Source: Bacteroidota bacterium
GTDB taxonomy: Bacteria; Bacteroidota; Bacteroidia; AKYH767-A; OLB10
NCBI GenBank assembly: GCA_031421935.1
Contig: JANOPQ010000185.1
Coordinates: 11,914 to 75,913, forward strand
DNA: 64,000 bases
Direction: 5' to 3'
The notes below the pieces were generated by a model. It made no database searches. It was not told the origin of the DNA and worked only from the letters and a program-made list of their open reading frames with translations. Shown here piece by piece: positions 59,590-64,000 of this stretch. Position numbers and translations under genes: made by a program. Numbering within the stretch: the first letter of the stretch is position 1; every line of letters begins with the position of its first letter.

Positions 59590-60975
59590 TTATCTTTCTT
59601 CGTTGGTGTTGAATAATTGATGTTCCTGTTGAATCTTGTCCTCATAATTTTGGTTGAGGATATGATTTTTGTACCAATACCCCGATTCTTTAATAGTGCG
59701 CTTTTGATTTGTATAGTCGATATGTACTAAGCCAAAGCGCGGATAATATCCTTCAGCCCACTCGAAATTATCGTGTAGAGACCAAACAAAGTATCCGCAT
59801 AATTTTGAACAATCTATCCTTGCTCTATTGATATGGAGCATATAGTTTTTTAAGTAGTTCAGTCGCTGAGAATCCTTAATTTCATTACCTGTAACATGAT
59901 CAGGAAAGGCAGCGCCATTCTCACTGACAATTATATTTTTTATTTCCGGATAAGCAGCATATTTGTGAATGAGTGCATGAATGCCTTCTGGATATATTTC
60001 CCAATTGAGTAAGGTATGAGGAACTTGACGCGTTCTAGCATCAATAAGTTTAGCGTTAATGTAAGGTGTAAACCAAGAATGCTTCACCACCTCTCGCGTG
60101 TAGTTTTGAATTCCGATGAAGTCAGGGTTTGCTTTTAATAAAGTCTCATCATCTTTCTGATAAAATTTTTCTATTTCTTTTAAGAAAGGAAGTTCTTTAA
60201 TCGGATAACCATAACCTAAAAGGGGCTCTACAAAAAATCTATTCATTAAAGCATCTACACGAATAGCCGCTTGTTGATCATTGCTTGATTCACTGAAAGG
60301 TGTAATCCAAGAGCATGAGTAAGTTGTTCCTACATTGAAAGAAGTATTGTGTTCTTTAATTTGTCTAATCCCGCCAGCTTGTGCTAAGGATGCATGGTGT
60401 GCAGCGGAAAGAAAGCTGTTCATCCCCTTTTTTCCTGGAGCATGAATCCCTAAAAAATATCCAGCACCAGTAAATACTAAAGGCTCGTTCAATACCATCC
60501 AATCGGAAACTCGATCACCAAATTTATGAAGCATCAATGCAATATACTCACTAAACCATGAAAGTATATCTCTGTTATTCCAGCCTCCATTTATTTCAAG
60601 CTGTAAAGGCAAATCCCAATGGTATAAAGTAACCCAGGGAGTAATTCCTCTTTCTAAACAAGCATCAATAAGTCGATCGTAATAGTCTATTCCTTTTTGA
60701 TTGATGTTTCTTGTTCCTTGAGGTAAAACTCGTGGCCATGAAATGGAAAATCGGAAATTAGGAATATGTAATGATTGGACGATGTCTAAATCTTCTTCGT
60801 ATCGATAGTAAAAGGAGTTTGCAATTTCTGGAGTATGACCTCCAGCGATTTTTCCTTTGCGCAACGAAAATTCATCCCAAATGCTGGGCCCTTTTCCCTC
60901 TAAATACGAGGCGCCCTCAGTTTGTAGTGCCGATGTCGCAACACCCCAATGAAAAGGTTTTTTTACGTCCTTCAC
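59590..60975 (-). CDS. GH1 beta-glucosidase
   Basis: GH1 signatures: N-terminal F.WG.A.S..Q.EG, acid/base LNEP (MVLNEPLVF), nucleophile ENG (VSENGAAF). Confidence 0.85.
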   Translation of the reverse strand: MKDVKKPFHWGVATSALQTEGASYLEGKGPSIWDEFSLRKGKIAGGHTPEIANSFYYRYEEDLDIVQSLHIPNFRFSISWPRVLPQGTRNINQKGIDYYDRLIDACLERGITPWVTLYHWDLPLQLEINGGWNNRDILSWFSEYIALMLHKFGDRVSDWMVLNEPLVFTGAGYFLGIHAPGKKGMNSFLSAAHHASLAQAGGIRQIKEHNTSFNVGTTYSCSWITPFSESSNDQQAAIRVDALMNRFFVEPLLGYGYPIKELPFLKEIEKFYQKDDETLLKANPDFIGIQNYTREVVKHSWFTPYINAKLIDARTRQVPHTLLNWEIYPEGIHALIHKYAAYPEIKNIIVSENGAAFPDHVTGNEIKDSQRLNYLKNYMLHINRARIDCSKLCGYFVWSLHDNFEWAEGYYPRFGLVHIDYTNQKRTIKESGYWYKNHILNQNYEDKIQQEHQLFNTNEER

Positions 60976-60982
60976 TTAGTAC

Positions 60983-62053
60983 TTAAGCTAGTTTTACTTT
61001 AGATGGACGTGTTAATCTTTGTAAAATAGACTGATCAGAATAAAAATTATTTTCGTCTAATTCTTGCCCTGCATGTCTTTCAATAATCTGATCTAATAAA
61101 TCTGAAGTTTCATCCGGATAATCAACAGAAATTGTATTTAATTGTTGAAACCAACTGTCTAGTTTAGGAAGTTGTTTTTCTTTCAAGTTCGGCAAAATTT
61201 CTACACCCATTGATTTTAATACAGCAGCGTTGCAATGTTGTTCGTATTGCGTTTTCATCGGAATGGCCAATAATGATTTTCCCAAATAAAGCGCTTCTGC
61301 TGTAGTGCCAAATCCTGCGTTGCATATTACTCCAGAAGATTCTGCCATGCTTTTTACAAAAGTATCTTGGTTGATGGGAATCACTCGAAAATTCCGATGT
61401 CGATAGGTTATTTTTGATTTCTTACTGAATAATTGAAAATCAATGTCGGAATAAGTTTTCAATTTCTTGATCACTTTTTCATCATCGTAGCTGGGAAGGT
61501 ATACCGTAATGTAAGGCTTGGTATCCACTTTTGCATTGCGAATTTCTTGTCGAATTATTGGCGTATGAATACTCGCATCAAATTTTTTAAAATGAAATCC
61601 ATAATTAAAAGTTCCCGGTGCATAATGATTCAATATCATTTTTCCGAAAGGATCTTTCGTTTTAGGTTTGGGAGCTAATGGATGCAAACTAGCCACCTGA
61701 TTGCTTAAACCAACACAAACTTTATTTTTCAAATGACATGCCCATGCCGATACCGGTTCGAAATCACTGATGACTAAATCGTATTTTTCTACAGGTAAGC
61801 TTTTGATTTCTTTTAAAAGTTGAATTGAATCTAAATTCATATAAGTGCGAAGAATATCGACACCTCCCTGCTTCCCAAAAACAAACCCCATTCCTTTGTA
61901 ATTATATTCAACAGGAAACGGAACTTTTAAATCCCACTGCGAAGCACTGATGAGAACATCAACATTCGCTTTTTTCTTTAGTATCGGAATGATCTCAAGC
62001 GCTCGGCTGATATGTCCGTTACCCGTGCCCTGTATGGCATAAAGTATTTTCAT
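60983..62053 (-). CDS. GT-B glycosyltransferase (MJ1255/TIGR00661-like, MurG-related fold)
   Basis: MKILYAIQGTGNGHISRALEI N-terminus typical of this uncharacterised GT family. Confidence 0.55.
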   Translation of the reverse strand: MKILYAIQGTGNGHISRALEIIPILKKKANVDVLISASQWDLKVPFPVEYNYKGMGFVFGKQGGVDILRTYMNLDSIQLLKEIKSLPVEKYDLVISDFEPVSAWACHLKNKVCVGLSNQVASLHPLAPKPKTKDPFGKMILNHYAPGTFNYGFHFKKFDASIHTPIIRQEIRNAKVDTKPYITVYLPSYDDEKVIKKLKTYSDIDFQLFSKKSKITYRHRNFRVIPINQDTFVKSMAESSGVICNAGFGTTAEALYLGKSLLAIPMKTQYEQHCNAAVLKSMGVEILPNLKEKQLPKLDSWFQQLNTISVDYPDETSDLLDQIIERHAGQELDENNFYSDQSILQRLTRPSKVKLA

Positions 62054-62954
62054 TCTTCTTAATAATTTTAGTGGAGGATTCGTTATTGCTGGAATATATT
62101 TCGCCGAGTAGGATATTAAATAATTCTTTGTTGTTTAAGTATACAAAGTTGTTTACTATTTCTTGTTCGGGATCATTTTCAAATTGTGCTTGGGCTGGAT
62201 GATGGTAAAGCGACCATTTGTTTTCATGATATTCCAAAGCAGTAAGGTTTTCTACCCAATCACCACTATTTAGATAGCCAACTTCTCCATGCTCATTTTT
62301 AATGGTTCTTATCTCGGGTTGATGGATGTGCCCACACACGACATAATCATATCCATTGCTAATGGCAATATCTGCACAAATCACCTCAAAATTGTTGATG
62401 TACTTCACAGCACTTTTCACTCCATTCTTTATTTTTTTGGATAAAGAAATTTTCTCTCTACCCATTTTTTTTAGTATACTATTGGTACATGCGTTAATTA
62501 AAATTAATAGGTCGTAGCCTATCGCACCCAATTTTGTGAGCCACTTTGCATGTTGCATGGTTACGTCAAATACGTCACCATGAAACACCCATGCGCGCTT
62601 CCCATCCATCTCTAATACGAGCTTGTTGTCGATAGATAAATTGCCTAATTGAAATCCAGAAAATTTTCGAAGCAACTCATCATGATTTCCCGTGATGTAA
62701 TGTACAGGAACACCACTCGTCGCTAAAGAAATAATTTCTTTTACCACTTGCATGTGATCTTTTGGAAAATAGTTTTTACTGAATTGCCACATGTCAACGA
62801 TATCACCATTCAGAATTAACCTTCCTGGTTGTATCGACTTTAAATATTGACAAAGTTCTTTAGCGTGGCAACCATAAGTGCCTAAATGAACATCGGAAAT
62901 AACTACTACCTCAACTTCTCTTCTCGCTTTCTTTATCTGTTTAGTAGTCTTCAA
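62019..62954 (-). CDS. LpxH-like metallophosphoesterase (UDP-2,3-diacylglucosamine diphosphatase family)
   Basis: VVISDVHLG...LNGDIVDMW...GNHD calcineurin-like motifs. 35-nt overlap with the downstream GT gene. Confidence 0.65.
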   Translation of the reverse strand: MKTTKQIKKARREVEVVVISDVHLGTYGCHAKELCQYLKSIQPGRLILNGDIVDMWQFSKNYFPKDHMQVVKEIISLATSGVPVHYITGNHDELLRKFSGFQLGNLSIDNKLVLEMDGKRAWVFHGDVFDVTMQHAKWLTKLGAIGYDLLILINACTNSILKKMGREKISLSKKIKNGVKSAVKYINNFEVICADIAISNGYDYVVCGHIHQPEIRTIKNEHGEVGYLNSGDWVENLTALEYHENKWSLYHHPAQAQFENDPEQEIVNNFVYLNNKELFNILLGEIYSSNNESSTKIIKKNENTLCHTGHG

Positions 62955-63529
62955 GCCGTGGTGGGGTTTTTAAAGTCTACCGAAAGCCGATCATAGTGAA
63001 AATTTTTATTCCAAATGGTAGTAATTTTTAGAATAGTAAAGCGCTCTATAAAAGCCCAGCTTATTTTATTTAAAAATGCATGTATCACTTTATTTTTCAC
63101 GATACAATATTACGCGCACAATGTTAGAATTTTATTACCAAGAAGTTAGATTATTGTTAATAATCTTAAAGGAATTGGAAAAGCAAATTTTGTATTTCTA
63201 ATGCTTCTTTCAGAACATACTACACAGGAACCACCATTGCTAAAATTTTCGCCTCTGGAGCAATTTGTAAATGCTGCACAAGAAGAATCGCCGACATATT
63301 TACCTCCTAAGGTTGAACAGCAATTTAATTTATCAATTTCTTTAGTGATAAAATTTCCATCAAAAAAGAGGAAAGAAGATAGTACACAGATTTTAATAGT
63401 TGTAATATCATAGAACTTAATTGTAATACTGAAATATTCTTTTACAATAAAATAATTTAAACCTTTAGTGAAAAATATAGCCTCTTGTGGAATATCAAGA
63501 GGCTATATTTTATTCTTGGAAACAGAATA

Positions 63530-64000
63530 CTATTGCTTCACCATTTTTTTGCTATCAATTACTTTTCCATCACACACTAAAGTATATGTATATAATCCTT
63601 TACTTAGGTCAGATGAGTATACATCAAGTTGACCAGTTCCTTTTTCGCTAATAATTGCAGTGTTAATTATCGTACCGGACATTGAAGTAAAAATTATTTT
63701 TGCTACTTTAATTTCTTCTGGAATAAAATAAGTAATTGTTGTACTCTCAGTAAATGGATTTGGATCGTTTTGATTTAAGATGATACCTTGTTGATTGGAT
63801 AAAACTATTTTTTGCTCATTGGTAACATCATCATTTGTGTTTTTGTTTTCAATGTTATTAATGTTACTTTTAGCTCTGTTTGAAGAGGCATTTGCGGTTA
63901 ATGAATCTACTTGTGCTTTCAAATCTTTTATTGCTTCTATAAGCACTGGAATTAGTCCGTCATAGTTTATAGATTTAACAGAATAGTCGTTTTTAACAAT
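63530..64000 (-). CDS. T9SS type-A CTD protein, 5' partial (continues beyond window end)
   Basis: Frame stays open from the listed GTG (63946) to position 64000. C-terminal QNDPNPFTESTTITYFIPEE...LYTYTLVCDG...KQ is a Por secretion tail. Confidence 0.55.
   Translation of the reverse strand: MVKNDYSVKSINYDGLIPVLIEAIKDLKAQVDSLTANASSNRAKSNINNIENKNTNDDVTNEQKIVLSNQQGIILNQNDPNPFTESTTITYFIPEEIKVAKIIFTSMSGTIINTAIISEKGTGQLDVYSSDLSKGLYTYTLVCDGKVIDSKKMVKQ

Noticed and set aside
63201-63413. 70-aa plus-strand ORF
   Set aside because: No recognisable domain and no plausible promoter or RBS context, in an AT-rich spacer. Insufficient evidence.

Overview
The window is a low-GC (about 35-37%) Bacteroidota chromosomal segment (Flavobacteriia/Cytophagia-like), typed by T9SS type-A and type-B C-terminal sorting domains, SprB-like and PKD repeats, CHRD and FISUMP domains, and a short glgA next to a DUF4270-like gene and glmS. 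Housekeeping genes (dxr, rseP, scpA, dus, glmS, bactofilin, aldehyde dehydrogenase, SDR, 3-hydroxyanthranilate dioxygenase) alternate with accessory content. Three regions stand out. (1) A 17-kb plus-strand locus (42.8-59.6 kb) of secreted T9SS-cargo paralogs that share an unrecognised ~250-aa N-terminal domain. It also contains a SusC-like TonB-dependent receptor with no SusD partner, a FISUMP protein, and proteins with cohesin-like and dockerin-like modules: two CTD-bearing scaffoldin-like proteins and dockerin-tailed beta-helix and SprB/Ig proteins, i.e. a candidate T9SS-anchored cohesin-dockerin surface assembly. (2) A minus-strand glycan-biosynthesis cluster (33.3-42.2 kb) with Wzx, Wzy-like, GT4 and GH5-like genes and four tandem paralogous PAPS-type sulfotransferases, predicting a sulfated exopolysaccharide or O-antigen. 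(3) Unusual intergenic repeat architecture: heptanucleotide tandem arrays in inverted arrangement forming two MITE-like ~300-bp elements that flank one small gene, a 78-bp structured tandem duplication upstream of a J-domain gene, and a perfect 54-bp palindrome. No rRNA, tRNA, CRISPR, integrase or transposase genes were recognised. All calls are from reading the sequence and the ORF translations; no searches were run.
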